A stretch of 45,216 nucleotides of DNA, filler included, from Catajapyx aquilonaris (lineage: Eukaryota), in NCBI GenBank assembly GCA_000934665.2. It is 2 parts of 2 records of this genome, joined end to end, with 100 filler letters (N's around TTAATTAATTAA, not from the genome) between each part and the next. Parts side by side here need not be neighbours in the genome. Positions count along the whole stretch, not along the records: positions 22,657 to 45,216 come from JYFJ02005849.1; 1 more part is not named here. One strand, 5' to 3'. Position numbers and translations under genes: made by a program. Numbering within the stretch: position 1 is the stretch's first letter; each line of letters opens with the position of its first letter. Shown piece by piece: positions 24,278-35,789 of the stretch. The notes under the pieces are model-generated. The model was not told where the DNA came from. It made no database searches and saw only the letters and a list, made by a program, of their open reading frames with translations.

Positions 24278-24718
24278 TAAGACGCCTTAGTATATTACAA
24301 GTAATAATGCTTGATTAGCAAACAATTTTATTATGATGCATTTATTGTAATAAAGGATGTCCTCCTGCCATTTATTTTATTCATACAGCAGCATACATTA
24401 AAGAAGTGAAATCACACCTGTTACAGAGTGAATATTATCAGATATTATATTGCCACTTTGTCCATGGCACTGCCCTTATGTGAATTTGATTTTACTGAAG
24501 CCAGGATCGTGTAGCACTTTATTGGGGTGCCTAAACATGATGTCAAGTTTCTGAGGCGGCACGGTGGTGTACGTATACTCTTCAGCCAGAGGCAGGGCTG
24601 TATTAAGGCCTATGTGGGCCCCTACGATGCCGTTTTGTGTCAGGAATGACGCAGCTGCCGAATCTGCCTCCCACCACACCAGGCTGAAACAGCCATGCAA
24701 GGAACATACTGCAGTATG

Positions 24719-25006
24719 ACCGAATTAGTGGTAGTGGAGGGGATATGGTATCCGACTGCTAATCAGGAGGTCGTGGGTTCGAATCCCGGTGGCCACCGAC
24801 CCTGACCGTGGTTTTCTGTGGTTTCCCATGGTCTCACCAGGAAAATTCGAGAGTCGTGTCCGTAATGATAGGCCACAGCCGCTTCCTTCCGTCCCTATCC
24901 CATCCCCATATACGAGAAGTAAAAACGAATGCAAGAGTTCCAGATTTTAAAATATGGTGGTATTCCACCCCCCTAAGAGGGCCCATGGCCCTAGCACAGG
25001 GTACAA

Positions 25007-25052
<46 letters not shown>

Positions 25053-25070
25053 TATTATTATTATTATTAC
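24719..25070 (+). mobile_element. tRNA-derived SINE, copy 2, with (TTA)n tail
   Basis: ACCGAA start, CCGACTGCTAATCAGG, B box GGTTCGAATCC, same body as 6064-6359, (TTA)n tail at 25007-25069. Exact 11-bp TSD ACTGCAGTATG at 24708-24718 and 25071-25081. Confidence 0.93.
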
Positions 25071-25464
25071 ACTGCAGTATGGCACTTAATGCAGCAGTAT
25101 TTAATTATGAGGTTATTTTATGCATATAAGGCTACTATCACAAAAAATGTCATGACAAAACCAGTTCATGTAATTAACAAGCACTAGCAAAGGTCAAGAA
25201 AAAATAGCTAATCATACACTGTTACAAGTGCCTATACTATACACCTGTAGACAGAGCTTATTCTAAGGAATTTTTAGAACTGCATGAAAGGCATCTTCTA
25301 CTGGTCCTACAAGGGGAAATGACGAAAGTGTCAATAAGCCGGGTGCAGATGGAATTTTTTTGTGTTCAAGGTCACTCAGGTGAAGGTAACTGACAGCTAC
25401 TATTATCGATAATTAATTTTTCTGGTCACCTGTACTACTTACCGCAGATGATTATGTACCTGTG

Positions 25465-25798
25465 GGAGGGGTCCCGGCGCAGAGGGGCCCTTTTGGCATC
25501 TAAGAAAATTTACAAACTTCGATTGTTATGAAATTAATGCATGTTTTCAATATTTATTACCAATTACCAAAAAAATCATAAGTTTATGACTTCTAAAGCA
25601 GTGCAGGGGCCCATACATTGAATATTGTAAAAGGATCAGCGCCCCACCTGTTGGAGGGGCCCAGCACAGCGACCCGTACATGCCGTGCCGGCTGTGTATT
25701 GATGTAATGTATACAGTATATTGGGCCCCCGCGGGGCCCCTAAATTTCATTGGGCCCTGGGCACGTGCCCCGGCAGGCCCTTTCGGTAGTACATCACT
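25465..25798. mobile_element. Decayed hAT-like element with repeated GGGGCCC motifs
   Basis: At least six GGGCCC motifs, ending in GGGCCCTGGGCACGTGCCC...GGTAGTACATCACT. Termini not cleanly paired. Confidence 0.35.
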
Positions 25799-26341
25799 CT
25801 ACAGAGGCTCTAATTATATTACCCGCGTACCATCTGACAAGACATTGCTATTACATGGTCATGTGAACATCCTATCCTCAATTGTCACAATTCTATTCCA
25901 ACAAGTGCACATAAACCATAACAGCATGTGCAATAATGCAACTATAGCCTACCCACTTGGATAGAGTATGTTGTTGTTGATTGTATTATTGATTGTGTTT
26001 TTAAAAATTTGCTCACTACTATGTCTATTGTTACTGCCATTGACATGCTTGGCACCACTACTAGTAGCCGTTGTAAATTCGAGTCATCTGTGACATTTTT
26101 TATTTTTCTTATTTCAGTATGATTTTTCTACCCAATATGGCATTGTGGCCTCCTGTACCATTCGTTGATTCTAGACCACCCTGTAATGTGGGCTGAGTAA
26201 TATGCCCATGCTAATAAACCCACAATGTCGAGTGAGGGTATTGCGCAGAAAAATCCCACTTCAATCGCACGATAAGCTTACCAGGACAAAATTCCATAGA
26301 TATCTAGAATTACAAACCACCACTAGCAAGAAGCCAGGCAG

Positions 26342-26640
26342 TTAACCCTGGAACCGTGCCGTGGGGTCTTTTTGTACCCCAAGGATTTAAAATGCAATAA
26401 AATGATCATTACAATGAACTTTTGCCATTTTTTACAGTACGAGTATATAACAGGAAGTGGATGTTTATTTTGAATTAGCGATCATTTTAGGCACTGTTCA
26501 AAGAATGATTGTTTATAGTCGATACATTGAAAAGTGTTATATAATAATTAATAAAAATTAAAATATGGATGGGGTCCAAAAAGACCCCGCAGCACGGTTG
26601 CCGTAATACTTTCAGGCAGGCACGCTTCCTGGAGGGTTAA
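26342..26640. mobile_element. piggyBac-like MITE
   Basis: TTAA-CCCT ... AGGG-TTAA. Internal inverted repeat AACCGTGC.G.GGGGTCTTTTTG.ACCCCA sits close to the left end but about 35 bp in from the right end. Confidence 0.85.
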
Positions 26641-27246
26641 CAGGTATAACTAACAGGTTAACAGTAGAATCAGGTTAACCTCGAAGTTAACAATCAATAA
26701 TACAATAATAATGCATAGGCTACTTGTGCTGTGTCTGCCATAGTGCCATCGTGTGTTGGCCACATTATGAATCACTTTGCCAGCCTACATGATTCCCGTG
26801 CCGCAATTTCACCTATTTTATGACTCACACTTCAGGATTACTCATAACGACTCATAATCACAAAAATTACGCACCTGCCTACAGATCAGTATATTATGGT
26901 ACTGTACAGTCTTCGGAAGCCATCTGTAAAACATTTTAAGTAAAATTCCATGTGACTGATCTCTTCAATGAATTTTAGCCTTTATTTGCATCAAAATTGG
27001 GGGGGGGGGCGGGGGGAAATCATGTACATTTAAAAAAACCAACATGAGCTATACAGTCGTTCATGTTGCAAGGAAATATACAATATCCATCATTATACAG
27101 CACCTGAAACATATCATAATCTATTCTTCTTTTACTTTCACACATTTGACATGTGCCAGGGACCATCCACAAATTATGTAATGCTCTTACAGGGGAAGGA
27201 AGTCCAGCATTCCAGTGTGATACAAGGGGGAAAGAATTCATAACGT

Positions 27247-27353
27247 GGGTCTAGTTTCATGCACCGAACTTTTGAATTTGCCGCGCGACATTTTCGCCAT
27301 TTTCCTCAAGTGCTGCGTGGCCTTCGCGGCAAATTCCGCTTTGAAACTGGCCC
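27247..27353. mobile_element. Decayed PIF/Harbinger-like hairpin MITE
   Basis: GGGTCTAGTTTCA ... TGAAACTGGCCC termini, plus perfect 12-bp inverted pair GAATTTGCCGCG / CGCGGCAAATTC. Confidence 0.5.
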
Positions 27354-29034
27354 TCAGTTCTACCAGTTACTTTGCCACCTCATTTTGGCAGGAAATGTTG
27401 GGGCGATGGCTTGCGTTGTGTACAATATTTTGCTGGAAATTGTTCCAGAGGGCAAGGAAGAAGATGTAAGTCATTGGTACTTAAAATTTATGACATCACA
27501 AAAGTGTTACATGGAGTCAAGGAGTGTTCAAATATTGCATTACATAATTTACAGATGGCCCCCCCTTGTATCGGATGAGTATCCTTAATAAGTAACCTAT
27601 TGGCTTAAGGTACATATCGTATACTTACTTGCTATTTACAAAAGGTTTCTCTTGTGTTTTGTTTTTTATTTTGCCTTAATGTTGGATGAGAATCATTATC
27701 ACATGGCTTTCAAAAAAATTGTTGTTAAAATGTCCCAGAGGTGGGGTTCTTAGCGGCAAATTTGCATGCGGCGGAATAAATTTCTTGGGAACGTTGTAAA
27801 CGAATTATTTTTCACCTTAAAATGCCTACTACAGCTGTACATTTCCTGCATCTATGAAAACAAATAACAAAAATCCGTTCATTCCCTTGCAGTCATGTGC
27901 CCTTTTTCTCTGCAATGTCCATCTCCCAGCTATTAACACACCAATAAAATTCCGCCATTTCTGCAGTGCATGCAATAACATTACGTAAGAGAGGAGGGGA
28001 AGTTTTCGTAAAATAAAGTGTTGGTTGCAGAGCTTGCAACTTGAGCCTTAAAAGTTTTTCATTCTCTTTTGTATTCATCTTGCAGGGAAACATTTTTTGT
28101 GGTTTATTACTATTGGAAAAAAAGCTATATCCTCTTGCACTCATTCAACTGTCGTTCTCTCTCAATCTACCAGAAGGACAAAGATTACCGAGGCTCAATT
28201 TTGTCACCTCGTTTCGTATACATTCAGGGTCATATAATCATTATTATTATTATTATTAACATTGAAGGAACTCTTTTTTTGATGATAAACCTAAATTACA
28301 CACAGTTGCTTTCTTATGGGAAATGGTTTACAGGATTGACAAGAAGACCATGAGATGAGAGGTAAAAAACAAAGTAAAAAAAAAAACAAGAGTGCAAGAT
28401 TTGCATAACATTTTGACTAGTAAGGTAAAATTTCGCTTTTTTTTGGTTTGGGGGTAATAGGGGAAGATCTATACATTTATGAAAAAAGGAACATATCCGT
28501 GTTGCCTGCCAGTTAGCTGAAAATAATTTTGCTACTATGCAACACCATACCTTTGTCTTATTTTGATGGATACTGTAAAGCTTGATACGAATATCAGATA
28601 GGGGGAGGAAAAATTCAGTGGAACACTTGCTTGGCTTTCTCCATTGCTTACTCTAACTGTTCGTGTGTAGTTTGTCCCATTTTGTGATGTAGTTCACTTA
28701 ACACCATATTTCTTCGTTGCTCTACTGACATGTTTTCTCTTCACGTCACCAAAAAAACAAAACAAATGCATCATAGATTCTCTGGTGAAGTAAAATTGCT
28801 CTGCACAAGTGTAAAAGTTTCTGCACTTCAATATTACGTGATGCTGAGGTTGTTACCAAACAGATGCAATACTGCTGAAAATACTACAAGGAAAAATAAC
28901 TTGGCTCGGAATTTGTCCATTTTCACTTCCAGATGAAAAGCAACATTGGCAACCTATCCACACCATACAAAACACGAAAAGAAATAAATAGGACAAAAAC
29001 AGGGCCGGTCAAAATCAGTTTGGGTTTAGCCTAC

Positions 29035-29088
<54 letters not shown>
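29035..29088. repeat. (AAT)18 microsatellite
   Basis: Perfect trinucleotide run. Confidence 0.98.
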
Positions 29089-29089
<1 letters not shown>

Positions 29090-29193
29090 TCATCTTAATT
29101 AGTAACCAAAACCTTCAGTGATTGTACACTGAAGACAAAATTGAGTACTGTATGAGTATTGCGCACATGTGTGGGCAAGTTGGAAGTAAATAA

Positions 29194-29971
29194 TACAGGC
29201 GAGACGAGTGAGTTGGAACATGGATGAGTTGGAACACTGGTCCTTGCACAAGATACAGTGTGAAAACACTACAGGTAGAATGCTTCAAGTCCCTTTCTAG
29301 GGTAGTATATCACCATGTAAAATTAATTCAAGTGGCATAAACAGTACAGAGACAGTAAGACAAGTTATCGTTGAGTCCCTCAAGTCAATTTTCAGTGTTT
29401 CACAAGCCTAATCCTGTCCCAAGACATGTGGAGCTGCAATTCCCAATTCAGGGTCCTGACAATCTCACTGCAGGCTTTCATTTGTTGTGCTATAATTTTA
29501 TCTAGTAAATACAGATATGAGAAGTCATTGAATAACATTTTCATGGATTGAAACACTAATTCAGGGGCAAGTTGGAACACCACCCTTCCCACCCGCCAAA
29601 CAGGCTGCACTGTGGGGGACCACTGATCACAACCGGCGGGAAGGTCTTGATGGTGATAACTAGCTGTGTCTAAAGAATCGAGTTTAGAGTTGAGACTATT
29701 CAGTCCTTCAGTTTGGGACACCAAAGGAGGGCTGATTTGGACTGTTAATATCATGTTCCAATTCACCCAACACCTTGTTCCAACTCACCCCATTTCTGGG
29801 ATGTGTTGTAACAGTTCACATGGCATCATGAGTCACTGTGAAACTGTGATGATTACAATAAATGTCCAGACTGGCACGACTGGCATTTGACACCTACAAG
29901 ATGTTGTAATCATCAGTGTTTTCAGTGTTTAAAAAAATGTTAATGTTCCAACACACCCTGCTCTCCCCTTA
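29194..29971. mobile_element. Decayed TIR DNA element in the putative PKNOX 3'UTR
   Basis: Motif GGGTGAGTTGGAACA three times forward (29206, 29222, ~29565) and three times inverted (29754, 29776, 29944). The outermost copies form TIR-like ends. Confidence 0.55.
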
Positions 29972-30148
29972 ACGGAACACTGGGTTTTGCTTTTCCTCCT
30001 GAGGACCTACGCACTACGGAGCAGCCAAAGGGACGAGAGGAGCTGCAATTGTGAATAGGACAGACCGCTGGAGTTGATGGTTGAGATGCTGAAGGAGATT
30101 CCGATTCTCCACACTTTCTCCCTCTTCATCCTCGCCTTCCTCCCACAG

Positions 30149-30261
30149 TCATTGTTGGGATGATGAATCGCTGTGGTCCAGCACAGAGTTCTCAGCTGCT
30201 TCTCGACTGCTCTCTTCGCTATCGTCACTGCTCAGCACTGTTGAGCTGATCACATTTGAGT
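30149..30261 (-). CDS. PKNOX: PREP/PKNOX terminal coding exon 7
   Basis: atccctgcag|(D)SNVISSTVLSSDDSEESSREAAENSVLDHSDSSSQQ* with TGA at 30151-30149. Phase 1 matches exon 6. Acidic tail. Not in the supplied ORF track. Confidence 0.8.
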
Positions 30262-30370
30262 CTGCAGGGATGGATAAAGCAAGGTCTAAACATGTTTATG
30301 TATTTACTTTTTGGGGTACAAAGAAATATTACTAATAAATCATACCTCATCAATATATGGTGGTAAGAAA

Positions 30371-30865
30371 TTAAGGGGGGGGGGATAAAGAAAATTCGGG
30401 AGTAAAGTTCTCGCTAACTAACAACAGCAGAATCGATTTTTTAAAAATATAAGTGTAACTGACCTCTCTCTTACACATGCGTGATGTACTTTTCCCATAT
30501 TCTTAATGTAGTATTATAAAAAGTCATTTGCATTCGGGAGTAATTTATGCAGTCATAAAATTTTAAGTGATGTCGTAACAAGCACCCAAAAATGCGGAAA
30601 AATGAGGTGCTCCGGACCCGTGATTCCGATTTTTATATTTAGCTATAACCTTTCGGCAAATAATAATTTTGTCAAAATTGGACTGATTTGAGAACTACTA
30701 GAAGTTGGGGGAACCCTAATTTTCACGGTTTTTATTGTGCCTAGAGGGAATGGTCAACCGCAAATGCGACCTTTCTTTTGTATAGGGAGGGTGGAATCCA
30801 CTGTCTCCTCTTTCGGCCAGAGTTGGAACTCGAAGAAGTTCCGATTATCCTTATCCCCCCCTTAA
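30371..30865. mobile_element. TTAA-flanked MITE (Kolobok/T2-like) in the last PKNOX intron
   Basis: TTAA-(G run)ATAAAGAAAATTCGG ... CCGATTATCCTTATCCCCCCC-TTAA. Confidence 0.75.
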
Positions 30866-31245
30866 TTATTAACCTTCTACGATCAAAATTTTCAGTTAAT
30901 TGCCACTTTCAGGCCAAGTTGAACCACTGAAGGCAGGTCTTCAACCAAGAATCTAGTCCAGTGGTCTAGTCCAGCCCGTAAGGCTGGGAGAGATTCCATA
31001 AGGCTGGGGTAGGAGTGTCCAGGGGGCTGGTCTAGTCAGTTATCAATTATTGTGGCAGTCTGTGGCAACTCCTCATGGCATGATGAGGGCAATTGCACAG
31101 GTCAATTAACTCAAGTCAGCTCTTGACAGTTCATGGATATAAACCACCAACCCTTATCGATTATCATCAATGGGCTATCTGCAGTTTACGTGCGACACCT
31201 GAATTTTTATTTAATTTCATCCACAGCTGCTTATCAAAAACTGAC

Positions 31246-31522
31246 CTGAATTGGGTGTAGCCCCATTCTGAGCTTCAGGAAGATTGCCCCCTGAGTGCTG
31301 ACTGAGGTTAGCAAGGTTGTCTGGCCAGAAGCGTTGAACTGCTGGTTTGGAAGGTTGAGTCTTGGCTTTCTTTGCCTTGTGGCTGGCATCTGGGTTAGAA
31401 GCATCCAGCATGGGCTGAAGGATGCGGCGACGGGCATTTATAAACCAATTGTTCACCTGAAGAAGTGTCAAGTTGGTCTGTGCTGCAATTTGCCGCTTCT
31501 CATCTTCAGTTGGGTAAGGGTG
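31246..31522 (-). CDS. PKNOX: PREP/PKNOX coding exon 6 (TALE loop, helices 2-3, QRFWP motif)
   Basis: ccttgcag|[43 protein letters not shown]...VQRFWP...PNS G|GTCAGT. Shows the PYP TALE loop, WFIN and the PREP-type QRFWP. 277 nt. Confidence 0.98.
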
Positions 31523-31779
31523 CTGCAAGGAAAAATTTTTGCAAATGTGTTTCTCAAGTAACAGGTGACACTGGTCATATCCCTTGTCAGGCAGGCGAGC
31601 AGATAAATAAGAGAATATTCCAGATTTAGGTGAGATCACCTAGTTAGGTATATCAGGTTGGCTAGGTATATTCTTTACATTGCATACTTCTCTCAGGAAG
31701 CCTTTGCATTTAACAAGTTGTCAATACTCTTATCTAGGATCTTTTTTGTGAGCAAAATCGAAGACCAACAAAGCCTTAC

Positions 31780-31904
31780 CACAATATGCTGGAACAACCA
31801 GGACCTCATAATGCTGGTGGCATGCTTGGGCAACACCCCTCGCTTTGGCTTTTTCTTCCCCAGAATTTCATCTTCATCCTCTATTGAACTTGGAGTTGGC
31901 GGCG
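31780..31904 (-). CDS. PKNOX: PREP/PKNOX coding exon 5 (homeodomain N-terminal arm and helix 1)
   Basis: tttttgcag|(A)PPTPSSIEDEDEILGKKKPKRGVLPKHATSIMRSWLFQHIV|GTAAGG. KRGVLPKHAT..MRSWLFQH is the PKNOX signature. 125 nt. Confidence 0.97.
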
Positions 31905-31964
31905 CTGCAAAAACAAAAAATTGGTCAGCCCTGCCCATCGATTACAACTACATTTGTGACCAAC

Positions 31965-32313
31965 CTTGTAGCAATGAGCTATCATTGGGTGGGGGACATG
32001 TGTTGGACCCTATCTGTGACAATGGTGTGCTACCATGTATGATCCCCTGCTGTGAGTTGGCCCCACCCACAGGCCCTGCCTCTTGCCCAGGGGCCTGCCC
32101 CGGAGCAGCCTGAGAAGCTGCCTGAGCTGCTGCTGCTGCAGCTGCTGTGACAGAGGCAGCACTATGTATTTGGATGGGTTGGGCCATCAGGCCCTGAGGG
32201 GTCTGCACCATTTGGTATGCAATCTGCGTTGCAGGCTGCTGCACTGCCAGGACTTGGGCCGCTGCCGTTGCTGCCGTCGTCACCACCTGGACGACATCCG
32301 CCAAATGAGGAGA
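31965..32313 (-). CDS. PKNOX: PREP/PKNOX coding exon 4 (Gln/Ala-rich linker)
   Basis: caaatag|SPHLADVVQVVTT...IIHGSTPLSQIG...SSLLQ G|GTTGGT. 349 nt, phase 0 in and phase 1 out, fitting exons 3 and 5. The acceptor is slightly uncertain: an alternative in-frame CAG lies 27 nt downstream. Confidence 0.85.
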
Positions 32314-34644
32314 CTATTTGCAAAATGGGATACCCAACATTGTTATAGAAACTGAATTGACAAGATACTCCTCAAGGTGAAATAAATTGGTCTAATATTG
32401 GACATACATAAGAATTTCCAAGTGGCCATTCAGCTACAACAGTTAGGCTCCACTTCAAATGTTGAAAGGAAATTTATGCAAATTTATCTCCCCCAGCCCC
32501 TCTCCCTAGCACCCAAATCAGTTTGATGCAAAATTGTGCGACACATCCCTTTTAGTAGAAATGTTTCTGGAGATGGTTTAGCGGCGTCCGATTGTCACCT
32601 ACAAGATAATGTGATCAGAGGCAACAGTGTCAGCTTCTGCTCATAACATTTATCACAACACTACCACCACCACCCCTCCGTAAGCATCTGACCAGTGCTA
32701 CAGAGGTTCATGTATGATCATGTGTTACGACGAGAAATGCATCAAGTCATTCTCGTGGTTCCTTGTTATCGCCAGCTATCCCTTCAATTTGGGACAAGCA
32801 CTGATGTGAATGAATCAATTAGTCTGAACAAGTAGTTATCGTTGTAATGTGGTTTATTTACAGCTGCTCTCAACCAGATCCTAGATAAGTTCACTGTAAG
32901 CTCGCATATGCCTGCCACCATTCACTTTCAGCTTATTGCAATATAAATTTGACCCACTCTCCCTGCCATAACATATCTTCACTCAGAGTGCCCAGGTGCA
33001 GTGAATTACAATGGTTCAATGGTCTAATATCCTTTTACACATGCAATGCATTCCAATTGAAATGTCCGTAACATTTGGCGACGTTTGCATTAAGCTGCTT
33101 ATTTTTAAGCTGCTACTTTGGAACAGCTATTCAGGGATTATCAAAAAGATTAGCTGCTACTATTAGCTTAAATGGGTGTAGTCTTTTGAACTAATTCGGG
33201 GGAGGGGGGGGGGGGGGGNCTGAAAATAGGTCCAGCTATTTTCAAATAACTGGGGGGAAAGAATCACTGGCAATGTCTTATGATTATGAATTCACTGCCA
33301 TTCAGGAGGTGAATGTGTTAATTCAACCTAATACTAAGCAGTTAATTTTTTATACCCACTGCAACTGATCAAAAGGAGCTGCTTAATAATAAGCAGATTA
33401 GTGCCAAAAAATCTCATCCACTACACACATTTCAATTGAAACACAATGTATAATATAGGTGAAATAAAAGTACAGCTGAAATGCTTTCCTTTCACCTAAG
33501 AACATTGGGGCTTTAGCCCACACCAATCATAACTATAGAATAAGTATCATCTCATATATCATGGAGCCAGACTTCCATTAATAACATTTTCAAATGTAAG
33601 AGAAATCCACACAAGTGAAAGATTCTCTCCAGCATACAATAATTTGTAATCCATTCCCTTCCCTTGACTTCAATTTCTAAAGCTTACAAAATTCCTCGTC
33701 AAATTATGGAACTTTTTCTGTTATGTACTATCAGCACAGTAATATTATGGACACACTCTCGTGATGTGTAAGTGAATGCACAAGAAATAAAATTGTGCTG
33801 ATATTGCCAAATACTTCACAGTTTCAAAAATCAAAGACCTGTAGGAACGCTTACCATAGTACATACAGTACCAGTACTTATAATGTAAGTCTACCTAGTA
33901 ACTGAATGTACAGGGTAGTCACTGCCTAAGTTTACGCTTTAACAGTGAGGTAAGGAATTACTTGCTCCGATCAGAATTGCCATTCGTATAGTATATCCTA
34001 ATGCAATGCCCATATCCCCGATTCACAAGGTTAGTAGGTAAAGAAGTTATGACTTGTTTACAACAGCACAATTTTAAAGAAAGGCAACAATCGTGACAAG
34101 TGAATGTGGCTTTCAATGGATCGCTTCTAACTAAATCTGCTGCCAGGGTAAACAGTCAATCTATGTCTTTTTCACCTACCTCACTTTTGCAGTGGGGACT
34201 TGAGCAGTGCACTACCCTGTTCTTGGAATCACAATCCCCCTCCCCTCCCAAACACATCTCAACATTTTTATTATCATGCACTGACTTTCACAAAGTGCAC
34301 ATAAGTTCATGTGCTTATCATCAACTTGGTATTTGCTTCGCTACATCATATTACTCCACACAAACTACTTGGGTCATTTGGGTTCATACAAGATTCTATG
34401 GATACTAAAATTTAAATCTGTATGTTGCATTATCATTGATTTTGGGCAGTGTTGGAGCATTACTGCCTGCCACTACATCATAAGTGGCATACACGACATT
34501 ACATGGCAAGACACTATAAAGTTGCATTCGAGTGGACAATGACTTTTCAATGACCAAACATGCTGCTTCAATTGAGAATCTGATGAACTCATCCTGTCAT
34601 TTAACATCCAAAACAGTACCATGTTTTCTGATCAACATAATTTT

Positions 34645-35400
34645 TGAGGGTGAATCAGAAAGTAATGGAAAACTTTTTTAATTCAGAAGTTGCACTAGAC
34701 TACTAGAGAAACTGAAACTGAGATACACATATGAAAGGGCAACACTTTCTCTAATGTTAGACATAGTCACCATACACTTTGGTGCATTTGTCCCAGTGAG
34801 ACACGAGTTTTTCCATACACCTGCAGAAAAAAGCATCACGCTGGGTGGGAAGCCAGTGGGGGATGGCCTCTTTCACTTCCTTGATGTCGCTGAAGTTCTG
34901 AACTACCAGGTGCTTCTTCATTGGTCCAAAGAGACGGTAGACCATGTGTCAAACCATTTCTTTGGACCAAAAAATAAGCATGTAGCAGGTTAGAACTTCA
35001 GCGAGGGTGGTAAGCCAGTGGGGGATGGCCTCTTCACTTCCTCGATGTTGCTGAGGTCTTGAGAAGCTAGTGCTTCTTTTCTGGTCCAAAGAAGTGGTTT
35101 TACCCATGGTCTACCATCTCTTTGGACCAATGAAGATGCACCTGGGAGTTCAGAACTTCAGCGACATCGAGGAAGTGAAAGAGGCCATCCGCCACTGGCT
35201 TCCCACCCAGCCTGACGCTTTTTTCTGCAGGGGTATGGAAAAGCAAGTGTTCTGCTGGGACAAGTGCACCAAATTGTATGGTGACTATGTCTAACATTTG
35301 CAAAAGACTTGCTCTATCATATGTATATCTCAGTTTCAGTTTCTCTAGTTAAACTTCTGAATTAAAAATTTTTTCAATTACTTTCTGATTTGCCCTTGTA
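34645..35400. mobile_element. Mariner-derived fold-back element made of two inverted 3' ends with transposase C-terminal remnants
   Basis: TIRs GAGGGTGAATCAGAAAGTAA / TTACTTTCTGATTTGCCCTTG-TA. Both arms encode Y.LFGPMK.HL...F....EVKEAI.HWL.TQ..AFF....EK....WDKC....GDYV*, the mariner transposase C-terminus (ORFs 34757-34945 minus, 35070-35294 plus). Confidence 0.92.
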
Positions 35401-35609
35401 GTATGCAACATCAATAGGCAAAAGAGTAACAACTTGATCATGCAAATAAATATATTTGAATTTCTCAGCATGACTATGAAAACCACAAGGCTGCATTTAC
35501 AACTGCTACAAAGTTGTCATTTGAAAATATGTCATTGCATGACCCCTGCACATTATATTATTGATTTTAATGTGACTTTAGTGGATAAGTTGACCATCAA
35601 CATTATTTA

Positions 35610-35789
35610 TACAGTTGACTCCAGATATAAAAGACTTCAAGGGACGGTGGAAATCAATATCCTATAACTGAGGTATCCTACATCCAAATACACAAGCCAT
35701 GTATGGAAGTATGCTGGGACCAGCCTTTTGAGTTGGCCATAACTGAGGGTTTCTTATAGCCAAGGCTCTTATATTCAGAGTCGACTGTA
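35610..35789. mobile_element. pogo/Tigger-like MITE
   Basis: TA-CAGTTGACTCCAGATATAA ... TTATATTCAGAGTCGACTG-TA. Confidence 0.75.

Noticed and set aside
7064..26185. Pairing of CAGGGTGGTC (~7064) with GACCACCCTG-TA (~26174) as one large Tc1 element
   Set aside because: The match is short and the two ends lie on opposite sides of the artificial spacer.
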